Source of the DNA: Hydrolagus colliei
Taxonomy: Eukaryota
Direction: 5' to 3'
Length of the DNA stretch: 64,000 nt
Assembly (NCBI GenBank): GCA_035084275.1
Contig: CM068744.1
Span: forward strand, 53,568,001 to 53,632,000
Below, one piece after another: positions 12,201 to 22,520 of this stretch; position 1 is the stretch's first letter, and each line of letters starts with the position of its first letter. Under the pieces are notes generated by a model. The model was given only the letters and a program-made list of their open reading frames with translations. It was not told the DNA's origin and made no database searches. The position numbers and the translations under genes are program-made.

Positions 12201-15200
12201 AGAACCTGTTTCTGTGAAGGCAGCAGTCCTTGATATCTCCACAGGGATCCTCAGATTCTGAGGACTTGGTGATGTTCTTGACAATGATGGTCTGGGTAGG
12301 GACATGGGTCACCTGGCAGGTGTAAAGCGCATCCCTCCTCCAATCTCTGACTGGGACAGTCAGCTGGCTGCTGGTGCTAAATTGTCTTCTCTAGCTGAGG
12401 GAGAGGTCACAACACCTGAGGCTACGATCTGGGAGCCCTTCAGCCAGTCAACCCTGAGTTTGCCTGGACGGAAAGCAGATATTAAGCAGACAGCAGTGGC
12501 CTGTTTGTTCAGGGTGATGTGTTCAGGGGACGTCTGTGTGAGGATCACAACTGGGGGCATTGGGGTCTGCAAAACATGATCTGAGACAGGAGCCGACGTC
12601 ACCGCGTCTGCCGCCCCCAGCGACTGGGGAAAGATGAAAACACACAAATGGGGCAACCTATATAACACAGTCACCTGGCTAGGAATATCTCTGACCCCAA
12701 CTAAGACATAAACATGAAAAATGGCTGACTTTCAGGTCTTCAGATTGCTGCTGACATTTCTTGTGTGTTTCAAGCATGTACAGCGTACAAGCGACATCTA
12801 AACAAAGCCTTGCTCATCCAGCTAGGCAGACAGGCAGGCATCATCACAGTTCTGTCCTGTTTATGAATAAAACAGATATTATCTATCTTACTCTGCCATG
12901 ACTAAGTGGCAGAATAATAAAATGACAATCAAACCAAATGTAAACCCTCCCCAATGGCCCAATACTTACCAAAAGGTCATTGCTTTGATTTTTGACTCTG
13001 CTGAGATGCTTTACGTCAGCTAAGGCTGCAATTTGTCTCAACAACTCTGGTTTTGGGGGGGAGGGGGAAAAAAAGGAGGTTGGAGCATTCACCCTCCTGG
13101 TCACCACCTACAGATGCTGACTTGAAATTGTATGCATGCACTTGGAACAAAGTCAATATTAGGATCGGTTGTAAGGCAGCACTAAGCTATAGTGTAAAGG
13201 TCTGATCTAGCATTCACACAATGGTGATCTTGGAACTGACATAGCCCAAAGGGAAAATATTTTGGTATGTGGAATAAATTCTTTAATTTATATCAGATCA
13301 TAACTTTCTATTTTGAGTGTATATTTTGGAAAAACTGAACTTGACAAATCAGTTGATAACAGTGATAGTAAAGTATTTGGCAAATATACATCACAAGATG
13401 GTTACAGACAAAGACGATTCTTGGGTCATATTACCACAATACCCAACAGTTTTAGGGTATTTGTTAAATGACTAGTATTTTAGCTTCCACCATCCTTTTC
13501 TGTGATTTACCTTTTTTCCTGAAAACTATCCTTCACTGATGTAGAATTGCCTACTGTGCATATTAGAAGCATTTGAAAAAAATGAAAAACATTACTGCTA
13601 CTATTCCATTATTCTGAAGATCAAATGGATATACGGATATACATACAGTATATGGATGTACATTTGTTCAAGATAAATTCAAACATTTTCATTCTTATTT
13701 TTAAAAGAGAAAAGGAATTGAACAGTTATATAACAATAAATAGCTATTAATTCCTCTACTGCATTCATTCTCCACACTCCCTCCAGCAACTCATTTTCCA
13801 CAGTTCTGCTGGAAGGATGTTTCCATTTCTTAAGCAAACATCTAATATGGATTTACCTTTCATAGAGGCAAGCTTCAAGACCATCCGTCCTATTAGGCAC
13901 TCCTTTAACATGGAATCATAGTTGACCCAACGATGAATCTGAAATGTGAGGGCAATGAATGTCAAATCAACTGGTCCATTCAGATTGATAGATATTTGTA
14001 CCCATGATTTTTTTAAGTATCTTCGCTGGATACATTTTACAATATCAATCAGTTTATTTACAATGCAATTTTCCATTAAACATCAGGAAACTACTTCATC
14101 CTAGAGTAGTCCATATAGCACATTTCACAAGATTTGGCCAGCCTCTTACCCAAGTTCTTGACATAGTTAATGTAATTAACTTTGAAACCCACTTTATTTT
14201 GTTCGGATTCAAATTGAAAATTCAGAAGCATCGTTATTCATATACAGGTATCCCCCAAATTACAACACTTCTATTTACATTGTTTCGATTCAACGGACAT
14301 AATTTTTTAACACCTTTTTAATCGATATACGACATTTGGTTTTGTTTTAACAACCCAAAAATTTGGCGCATCTTTTTTGCGCATGCACAGTACATAGTGT
14401 ATTTTGCGGTAAAATTGCAGTCGTATACTGTATCCAAGCGTTTGAACTGGCCAATAGCATGTCGCTACGTCAGTGGTTCTCAACTTTTTTTGCTGCGACC
14501 CTAATTTGCCTCGCATCATTAGAGGGCGTTATCGCGATTGACGTTCAGATTGTGGACTCAGCTATAAAAAAGTACGCTCTTTATACAAATTGGTCGGCAG
14601 TGTCGCTTTTTTTTTAGTGGTAAAACCTTTTTTTTTAGCGGCTAAAGCTTTTTTCTAGCGTTTTAAAAGTGAGCTTCTTTTGAAGTGATACCACGCAATT
14701 TCAAGTGATTTGCAGCCTCCACTGCATTTCTACAATGTCAGAAAAGAGACCGGTAAATGAAATGGGCAGCAGTAATACCGCTAGCAGTAAAAAAAACGCA
14801 AAGTCATTACTTTAGATACTAAATCTTGCCTATTTGTGTTATTTTGTGTGTTTTTTTTTAGTGTTTTTTAAGGTCCGAAAATTGTGAAAAGAACGCATCT
14901 TGGGTTATATAATGGGACCGCATGGGAAACCGCGTTTCGATTTACGACGTTTCTATTTGAGTACCATTTTTTAGGAACGCAGCCCTGTCGTAAATCGGGG
15001 TATCCCTGTACAGTACTTTTTTTCTTAAAGGTAAAAGTAAATACTTCAATAAAGAATAAGGGTATTTTAGATAACAAAAACAATCAGAAATAATTTATTT
15101 AAACTCCACAACCATTTTCTGACTTCTTAATAATCCAATGTGATAAATCTTGCTCAAGATAAATCATTTTTAGGAATGCAATATAAGATGAGAAGCAACT

Positions 15201-18200
15201 AATTGCTCCATTTGTCTTCATCCAAAGTTTTCTGTCAGGCCAGGTCTTCACAAAAAAAATCTAGCTGCAATCTTGCTCCATCATCAAACTGTCATCTCAT
15301 TCACTGATTATTCAGGAAGTTGGTTAATTCCTTTTGAAATGCAAGGCAGAGGATTTTGCAATCTTTGTACATGGTGGACTGTAATTTCAGTTACCATTTT
15401 CAAAAATATCTTTTTATCAGTACATCCAATTTGCACCAACCTACTAGCACGCCTTATTTAATCTGTCTACTCATTACTGTTATATACACTTTAGGACATG
15501 TATCAAAGATGGATAGATGAAAAAAGTTTAGCTAATCAAAACTTTTGTAAATTCACTTCTTTAGTTCTAACTAAATCTCATAACAGAGATGTGAAAACCT
15601 ATTTATGACTGAACTGAATCATTGTAGTTCAGTGGCTCCCTCCTGTGCCAGTCGCATTTCACGACAAGGTTATGCTGTGGATGTAATTATATGCAGACAA
15701 GAACCTTGGAGAAGGAGAAGCTAGCATCGTCAGAACCATTCAGTTAATGGAGACATTTCGCACTCACCTCCAAAAGAATTCCATTTTTGTATGGCATTTA
15801 CTTCAACCATGAAATAAAAACGTTCAGGGGGATTCAAAGCAAAAATCTCTGATTTCAAGTCCTGTGCTCAACCAATTCGGCTACTGTTCAGTCAAATTCA
15901 GAGAGAGAGAAAAAAAGTTTATTCAAATTATGTGCCACTTAAGTTTACCTGATCAAACAACTCTGTTCCATCAATTCCAGCTCCTTTCATGAGTTCTTCC
16001 TCTCCTCCAGGGTGATATTCCAAATAAGGAGTCAGATTGTAAACCATACCTTAAAAGACAAACAGCGCAAACCATTAGGAAGATTACATAAAATGGAGAG
16101 CTTCATCAGGACATCCAACACTAGGACAGTTTCTAATGCAACAATTGAAAGATACAGTAAAAGCCCGTTTATCCGGCACACTCGGGGGGGGGGGGGGGGG
16201 GGGGTCAACTAATTGACTGTGCCAGATAATCGAGCGGCAAGTTGCTGAAAACCCAACACAAAAAAATTATTTATTTTAAAACATACTATATTAATAATAT
16301 ACTAAATAGTAACAGAATATTGTATAGCTACTTACCAATAAAAATGTCAGCACACTCGGTAAAAAAGCATTTTTTACCGATCAATAAAAACCTCCAAGTT
16401 CGTAAGTTTAATAAGTGCGCATGCGCGCATTGAGTATACTCGGGATTGCTGGAATGGGGAATTGCCCCAGGAGGGGTTCGAGAAATCCGGTTAATTGGGT
16501 CACGGATAAACAGGCTTTTACTGTAGTTTGATATTGTGTTCTGGTCAATCCCAATGTAACTTTATAAAATTCAGTTTTTAGGAGACACAAGGGAATAAAA
16601 TTCAGATAGTAATTACTCTCTCAATATTACCTGTTAAGCAATTCTTTAGAATCAACTATAATTCACATTTATAACATATTACATTTCAGAACATCACACA
16701 TGCCCCCTTGTGTCCACAACAGAGAGTGCAGATACAGATTAGCAAATCATGCATAATTAGAGCACTCAATTTAAATTTCTGGTTAATTTCTCAAGGTACC
16801 TGTAAAAGCGTTGACTCAATCCCAAAAAAAACTTAATATAAGGATTTGTGAAGAGCAACTGGAAAGTACAGCTGATCTGAAGGGATCTTTTTCGTTAAAT
16901 GAACACCTGAAGTCAGTGTAATAATAATATAATAACCTGCAGATAATCCAAAACTCTGAGGTCCATGTCCTGTATCGCACCAAGCTTCGCGACCACCATC
17001 TCCCCCATTCTCGCCTGACTCAATTGGCTCCCCATCACCCAGAGGATCCAATTCAAGATCCTGGTCCTCACAATCAAAGCCCTGCATGGCCTTGGTCCAC
17101 CCCACCTCTGCGATCTCCTAATCCCCTACCAACCTGCCTGCCGGCCATTTGCTCAGCAGGCTCCAGCCAGCTCCATGTCCCCCGACCCACCCGTCCCACT
17201 ATTGGCAGATGAGCCGTCAGCAACTCTGCTCCTAACCTCTGGAACTCCATCCCGCACTTTCTCCACCGCGCCCCTTCCCTGGCCCCCCTTCAAGTCCTGC
17301 CTCAATGTCCTCCTCTTCAACAGTCCCATTGGTCACCCCAAATCCCCCCTTTCCCTCCACCCTCCCCATACCAAACTCCAGCTCGGTTCTGAAACAGCGC
17401 CTTGGGATGTCCTTCTGACGTGAATGGCGCTATACAAGTGTAATTTTGTTGTTATATAATAATCTTTTCATCTGATAAAGCACTTTTCACATCTTATCGA
17501 CGTCTCAAAGCACTTCACAGAATATACTGTAAAGTGAATTGACTGTATATTTGTAGGCAAAACTCGGCAGCCAATTGTGCACAGCAATGTCCCACAAACA
17601 GTCCTGGATTGAAAATGACCAATTTTTATTATTGTGTTTTTTTGGGGACGGATTATTATTAAGCGTATGGCATAAGGAAACTTGCCCAATGTTTCACCCT
17701 GATCTGCCTGGATTCGAACACAGGTGAGTGCTCTCATCACTGAGCTCCAGGAACTCCACAAACCAAAACATCCAAACCAACACATCCAGACAAAGCAATA
17801 AGTCAGGAAACTTAACCCACGATACTCAAGGAATCAAAAAAAACTATCTCACCTCGGATACATATCCAGCAGTCATCTTTCTTATTGTGTTTAGCAAGTT
17901 CTTCCTCTGAAACCTCAATAAGTCTTCCCTTAAGCCCAGTCAGGTCCTTGCCGCTCTTTGTCAGCCGGATCCAGTCCATTAAACTTCTGCCAGGTTTCAA
18001 TCGCACCTTTACGTAGTGAAAAGAAATACTGATGAAGCAATCTTGAAACAGTGATTTCACATAAAAACTTGATAGGTATTTATCAGATTCAACGGAATAG
18101 GTCAAATGTTTGCGCACACAATTAGTTTCAGTAACGTATCCTGGGTTAAAATTGCTTGTAATGAGCCTCAGTTTCCAAAGAAAATTGCTGAAATGATGTT

Positions 18201-21200
18201 CCAAGCAAGTTTAAGATCACTCACTCTGCATCATATATACAAACATTGGCTGAGATGCTTTTACTCATTTCATTTTTTCTTTTACCAGCCAAGTCAGCAT
18301 TGATCCAACTCGGATAGAAAATACCTGTGTAGATGTCAGGTGATCATTAAGTATGCAGATATCATTCCACATATCACTCAGGAAGTTTCAGGTAAATAGT
18401 ACAACACATATTCGCTTTAAGACAGTAAACACAGAATGCTATTTGTTAATACAGTAAAAGCCTGTTTATCTGGCACCCAATCAACCGTAAGTTCTGTATA
18501 ACCAGCATTGCAAAATTAACAGTCTGCATTCGATTAACCGGAATTTTGAAATTTTTTGGGGGGGCCGTTTTCGGCCAAATATGCGGCACGCGCTTTAACT
18601 GGCATTGGCCAGATCCCGATGGTGATGGATAAGGATAAACAGGCTTTTACTGTACCTGTATATTTTTTAAAAGAATATGTATATTTGTATATTTAAAAGA
18701 AAAAAACATGTGTTGTTTTGTGGGGCAATGGCAACAATGATTAATGCCTTTATATAATAATAATAATCCTTGGATTTGATATAGCGCTTTTTCACATCTT
18801 ATCGACGTCTCAAAGAGCTTCACAGAATATACTGTAAAGGAAATTGACTGTATATTTGTGGGTGAAACACAGTAGCCAATTGTGCACAGCAGTGTCCCAC
18901 AAACAGTCGTGAATTTTATTATTATTGTGGTTTATTATTTGGCATGTGGAGTATGGAAATTTGCCCAAGGTTTCGCCCTGATCTGCCTGGATTCAAACAC
19001 AGGTCTCACACTTGTAAGGCGAGTGCTCTAACCACTGAGCTACAGGAGCTCCACAATATGATCACATTAGGCATTGTATTGCACCAAGAAAGTTTTCAGC
19101 CTCGGGAGTACGTTCTAAAGTGCTTCACAGAATTTACTACGATAGCGTAGTGACTATATTTTGTAGTTAATAGTAAATACAAATGTGAAAATAAAAAGAA
19201 AATAATCTGCTTTTCCCTTTCCTCCTCCCCCCACACACAGATAACAGAAATTACCTTACACCTTCATCTTAATGACACAAACAGGGGTGGACTGGCTTGT
19301 TCTGTTTATGAATAAAGCTTTATTTTACTTTAATTTCTCTAATGCTAACAACACTGTAGTAAGTGACTGAGCTCAGTCTAGAGACAGAGCACCAGTGAGA
19401 AGTAGATTCTCAATGTCATGCCTGCAGGTTAAACACACCTTAGTCCACTTTACAATATTTACTGGAGAAAGAGAGCGTCTCTTTATCATTCATGAGGATT
19501 TATCATCATAAATACTTAATCAAATAATCGCAAGTATTTACTATTGGCACATGCCATATCAGACTAACGCATATATCTGGAGATACTATTTAAGCCTCAA
19601 GTTTTTTTAATATCTAGTATTAATTCTAATTCCTCCTACCAAGTCAATGAGATTAGGTATCATGAGTTGTATTTTGCAAGTACAGTACATATTTTGAATC
19701 AAAGAGCCTCTAAACCAAATTATGAGTTAAAAGTTGCTTCTTCGTGCACTCCTGTATGTGATGCCAGCCCAAAGTTTGAGCCTCTGCCATCTGCACTCAG
19801 CAATTTTTAAACAGGATAGGTTACCCCTTTTCTACAATGTATAGTGGCACACACAATAACTATTTATAATTTATGCCTCAATCAACATTTAAAGGTGAAT
19901 TCAACAAATATTACGATCATTTAATTTTACAACGCCGACACATGACATCTGGCCACCAAATATGCGCCAAGGCGTTTTTATAACATGAATCACCTAATCC
20001 ATTTTTTCTCCAACCCACTTCACAGGATCATTTAATATTCCTCCTTTACAAACAACAATCTTGTTCCATTTAAAGAATTTTAAACCACAACAAAATTACA
20101 TTTATAGCGTGCCTTTCATGTCGGGAGGACGTCTCAAGGCATTGAACTTGGGACGTCCTCCCGACGTGAAAGGCGCTCTATAAATGTAATTTGTTGTTGT
20201 TGTTGTTGAACAGTTAGGTCGGGATCCGAGTAAGGGAGAGGGGCAAGGCAGGGGCGGGAGAGTTAGGAGAGTAGGGAGAGAGTTGGGAGGGCAGCAGAAG
20301 GCATAGTTGAAGAGGAGGGTCTTAAGACCAGCTGAAAGCCTGTCTGCCGATGGTAGGGCAGGGGACATGGAACAGGCTGAACGGAGTGTGCGGGAGGGTT
20401 CATAGGGGGACAGTGAGTTGGAGGTGGGGTGAGGGGTCAAGGCCGTGAATGGCCCTGAAGGTGAGGATGAGGATCCGAACACTGTATTAACAGGAGAATT
20501 TCTACCTAATAATTCTGTGTTACACTTAACTAGAATGATTGGACCTCTAACTTCTGCATCGTAAAATAGCACACAGTCATGGATTAATTGACCAAATTGA
20601 CAAATAAGCTATTGCACTATAACACAATTGTTACAAATAAATCAAAAAATATTTTAATCAGGATGACAAATCCACCCCAACAAAAATAAACTGTGCCCAG
20701 AATCATATGGCGTTCTGATTATTTTCTAAATGAGTAAATACAAATAGCTAAAGGTGCAATATTTAATTTTTATATACAGGTAAATATTCTGTTTTTTGAA
20801 TAGAATTATTGTATTTCATATGAAGATGTTTACTGTTCAGGTTTTATTTGAAATGTTTCCAGGCAACCCAATCACAACACAAGCTGCACATTACTGAACT
20901 AGAGATGGTGGCAACCGAAATACAGTAATAATAATAATATCAAAATACCAGTAAATACTAAAATACAAATTTTTATTTAAAAATAAATAAAAATGAACCG
21001 GATGGTTGCTTAACCAGTGTTTTCACACTTGACCATGCCACACCCAGGCACATCAAGTCTTAAGTCATATGGAGTGATACCGTCAGGTTACCCTTTTCAG
21101 CTCAGCGTCAAGTCATACCTAACACTAGTTATGTGAAGGGTGCTACCATAAATTCAAGTTATTATTGCTGTTGCATTCTTCTCATTCTTAAAAACAAGCA

Positions 21201-22237
21201 TTGCTCCAAGTGTTCTAAGAGTCATTGTTCAACTTTGCTCTTTAAAAACGTAAACAATAAAATCTCCCCCTTCCCAAATTCAAAACGTTTTGCCGGACTA
21301 GTTTTCCATGGACAAAACACAAAATACTACAGATGCATGGGAATTTGAAACACAAACAGAAGTTGCTGGGAAAACTCAGCAGGTCAGGCAGCATCCATGG
21401 AGAAAGGAAAGCGAGTCAACGTTTCGGGTCCACGACAAAGGATTGTGGACCCGAAACGTTGACTCGCTTTCCTTCTCCGTGGAACTTCTGTTTTTGTTTT
21501 TGTTTTTTTGTTCTGTTTTTGTTTTAGTTTTCCATGGATGCTGCCTGACCTGCTGAATTTTCCCAGCAACTTCCGTTTTTGTTTCAGATTCCCAGCATCT
21601 GCAGTATTTTGTGTTTTGCTGCACAACTAGTAAACCGGACTGAGCTTGTGTGAGCTTTATGATCGACCACTTGTGTTAATTTTTCTCTCTGTCTCTCGGA
21701 AGGGCAGAAACTCTTGCTGAGGTCCAGCTTGCCAAATATCCGTTTGCAGACCTTTCACGGGGGTGGACATCGGTGGAACGCTATTTCCATCCTCACCTTG
21801 CATCCACACGCCCACGTCTTCAACCGGGGTCTCTCAATGGCAGTGAGGGAGACTATCACTGCCTCCCCAACCCAAAGCAGTGTCACCTCCAGGGATTAGC
21901 GACTCGGCATTCACCTGGTTTGAACCTGGCACCACCTGGTGTGTGCGGGGCCAAGTCCTTGTGTCCACCCAGTCACAGAAAGATTTCAGAAAACTAGTCA
22001 CACTCACGGCAAAGCCAGATTCAACAGGATCCGCGTCGTCACATCTCAGTTTGTCAAAGGATGGCATTACCGCGGTATCAGCGGGAATAGCGCGGGTCGG
22101 TCGGTTAGTCAGGGCTGGGGGTCGGGGCTGAGGATCGGGACCGAGGGTCGGGGCCTCACCTTGTTGCGGCTGGTGCCCCCCGACAGTCGCTGCTGAGAGG
22201 CGGCCGCGGGGAAGTCCTGTGTCGGGGGCCTCAGCAT
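1526..22237 (-). CDS. CYB5R4: Cytochrome b5 reductase 4 (NCB5OR), coding exons 1-11; 3' exons lie outside the window
   Basis: Eleven GT-AG exons splice in frame to [58 protein letters not shown]...[28 protein letters not shown]...[22 protein letters not shown]...YEWFQTKD...[43 protein letters not shown]. This has the b5 heme-binding HPGG motif, a CS domain and the start of the FAD-binding domain, as in human CYB5R4 recalled from memory. Confidence 0.97.
2149..2249. repeat. Inverted repeat (about 40-bp arms, about 20-nt loop) in CYB5R4 intron 10
   Basis: TTTTTGCTTCCATTTCTCTCGTGAAGATACGTTGGAGGAG vs reverse complement of 2209-2249; 4 mismatches. Confidence 0.9.
2582..2704 (-). CDS. CYB5R4: CYB5R4 exon 10 (123 nt)
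   Basis: cttcag|(V)[40 protein letters not shown](G)|gtagaa. Confidence 0.95.
3121..3153 (-). CDS. CYB5R4: CYB5R4 exon 9 (33 nt)
   Basis: tttcttacag|(K)[10 protein letters not shown](V)|gtatgt; matches human LSHEVQEDFSV. Confidence 0.93.
3618..4200 (-). mobile_element. L2-clade LINE 3' fragment
   Basis: [17 protein letters not shown]...[34 protein letters not shown] matches the L2 ORF2 C-terminus; tail GAGACG...GCTATCTAAATGCA(TTG)n. Confidence 0.9.
5262..5355 (-). CDS. CYB5R4: CYB5R4 exon 8 (94 nt)
   Basis: cttccgcag|[31 protein letters not shown]|gtaagt. Confidence 0.92.
6288..6648 (-). mobile_element. tRNA-derived SINE, full length
   Basis: Head with A/B boxes, body and tail collinear with other copies. 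Confidence 0.9.
7849..7906 (-). CDS. CYB5R4: CYB5R4 exon 7 (58 nt)
   Basis: ttaccag|(R)[19 protein letters not shown]|gtatgt; start of the CS domain. Confidence 0.95.
9169..9223 (-). CDS. CYB5R4: CYB5R4 exon 6 (55 nt)
   Basis: cttttacag|(G)[17 protein letters not shown](R)|gtaggt; phase 1-2 fits exon 7. Confidence 0.85.
9612..9659 (-). CDS. CYB5R4: CYB5R4 exon 5 (48 nt)
   Basis: cctttccag|(V)[15 protein letters not shown](G)|gtatgt; phase 1-1; ends like human KKVLNG. Confidence 0.85.
9978..10155. mobile_element. Palindromic Penelope-like non-autonomous element
   Basis: Inverted arms CAGCAGGTCAGGCAGCATCT / AGATGCTGCCTGACCTGCTG; flanked by a 15-bp near-perfect duplication ACACTGT(G/A)AAGTGAA (9963-9977, 10156-10170) inside a SINE; family assignment from recalled shark repeats. 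Confidence 0.65.
10715..11190 (+). mobile_element. CR1 LINE 3' fragment
   Basis: [21 protein letters not shown]...[32 protein letters not shown] plus tail GGCCTACTCCTGCTCCTAATTCCTA. Confidence 0.92.
11520..11773 (+). repeat. G/A-only low-complexity tract with many G runs
   Basis: About 250 nt of GGGGAGAAAGGGGG-like units ending in a poly-G run. Confidence 0.9.
11925..12111 (-). pseudogene. Histone H2B pseudogene fragment (C-terminal half)
   Basis: Across indels reads [16 protein letters not shown]...[32 protein letters not shown], vs canonical MNSFVNDIFERIAGEA...[33 protein letters not shown]; the RLAHYNKRS segment is deleted; frameshifted. Confidence 0.92.
12112..12590 (-). pseudogene. Immunoglobulin heavy-chain constant-region pseudogene fragment (C-mu2 plus partial C-mu3-like)
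   Basis: Domain 1: [100 protein letters not shown] (C...W...YTC C1-set pattern, one frameshift near 12385). It continues directly into [41 protein letters not shown], resembling shark IgM C-mu3. Confidence 0.88.
12970..13046 (-). other. Candidate cassette exon in CYB5R4 intron 4 (77 nt)
   Basis: Long pyrimidine tract ending aaaaccag, open in the exon-4 frame ([26 protein letters not shown]), donor TTG|gtaagt. Confidence 0.3.
13857..13938 (-). CDS. CYB5R4: CYB5R4 exon 4 (82 nt)
   Basis: tttcag|[27 protein letters not shown]|gtaaat. Confidence 0.97.
14245..15008. mobile_element. Tigger/pogo-like non-autonomous DNA transposon
   Basis: Imperfect TIRs CAGGTATCCCCCAAATTACAAC / CAGGGATACCCCGATTTACGAC flanked by TA. 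Confidence 0.8.
15949..16049 (-). CDS. CYB5R4: CYB5R4 exon 3 (101 nt)
   Basis: ttttaag|(G)[33 protein letters not shown]|gtaaac; HPGG heme motif. Confidence 0.97.
16155..16523. mobile_element. Tigger/pogo-like MITE, family CAGTAAAAGCC
   Basis: TIR CAGTAAAAGCC(C/T)GTTTATCCG at both ends, TA TSD; internal poly-G. Confidence 0.88.
16950..17452 (+). mobile_element. L2-clade LINE 3' fragment
   Basis: Same ORF2 end and tail GCGCCTTGGGATGTCC...GGCGCTATACAAGTG. Confidence 0.85.
17455..17758 (-). mobile_element. tRNA-derived SINE, full length
   Basis: As above; tail-to-tail with the L2 ending at 17452. Confidence 0.9.
17853..18006 (-). CDS. CYB5R4: CYB5R4 exon 2 (154 nt)
   Basis: aag|[51 protein letters not shown](G)|gtgaga. 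Confidence 0.97.
18452..18652. mobile_element. Tigger/pogo-like MITE, same family
   Basis: TIR CAGTAAAAGCCTGTTTATC at both ends, TA TSD. Confidence 0.88.
18755..19054 (-). mobile_element. tRNA-derived SINE, full length
   Basis: As above. Confidence 0.9.
20088..20480 (-). mobile_element. L2-clade LINE 3' fragment with an inverted tail inserted
   Basis: Reverse-complement L2 tail and body; second tail in opposite orientation near 20148-20208. Confidence 0.85.
21313..21618. mobile_element. Palindromic Penelope-like element, near-complete hairpin
   Basis: About 120-bp inverted arms around a short loop; same family as 9978-10155; T-rich insertion near 21487-21533. Confidence 0.7.
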
Positions 22238-22520
22238 CTTCGGGTGTTGAGTGTCAGCAGAGGCTCATCACAGGCCCCGGGACAGGCCAGGCCTGGCCAC
22301 CTCAGCTCAGCTCCTCCCCCACAGCACTGCCTGGCCGTCTGTCTAACCTCTGTGTCTATCTTGTCTCTATCTCTCAGTCTCTCTATCTGTCTACTCTCCC
22401 CGTGTCTCTATCTCACTGCCTTCTGTCTGTCTCTCTCTCTCTCTCTCTCAATGGCTTGTAAACACTCCGTGTCTCACTTCCTGTTGGGTTGCTGCACATG
22501 CGCGGGAGCGATTGGGTTTC
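21990..22520. promoter_or_regulatory. CpG-rich CYB5R4 promoter / first-exon region
   Basis: Locally high GC and CpG; ETS/GABP-type CACTTCCTG at 22475-22483; NRF1-type TGCACATGCGCG at 22493-22504; ATTGG (CCAAT) near 22511; (CT)n near 22430-22448. Confidence 0.75.
22160..22237 (-). CDS. CYB5R4: CYB5R4 coding exon 1 (78 nt)
   Basis: ATG at 22237; [26 protein letters not shown]; donor AAG|gtgagg; inside the CpG-rich region. Confidence 0.93.

Noticed and set aside
12655-12710. GACTGTG heptamer-like site upstream of the Ig fragment as a recombination signal
   Set aside because: No matching nonamer at 12- or 23-bp spacing, and it is not adjacent to the J-like segment.
12857-19316. Shared 15-mer CTGTTTATGAATAAA in introns 4 and 1
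   Set aside because: AT-rich with no flanking similarity; a Hox/Cdx-site interpretation cannot be supported from two hits.
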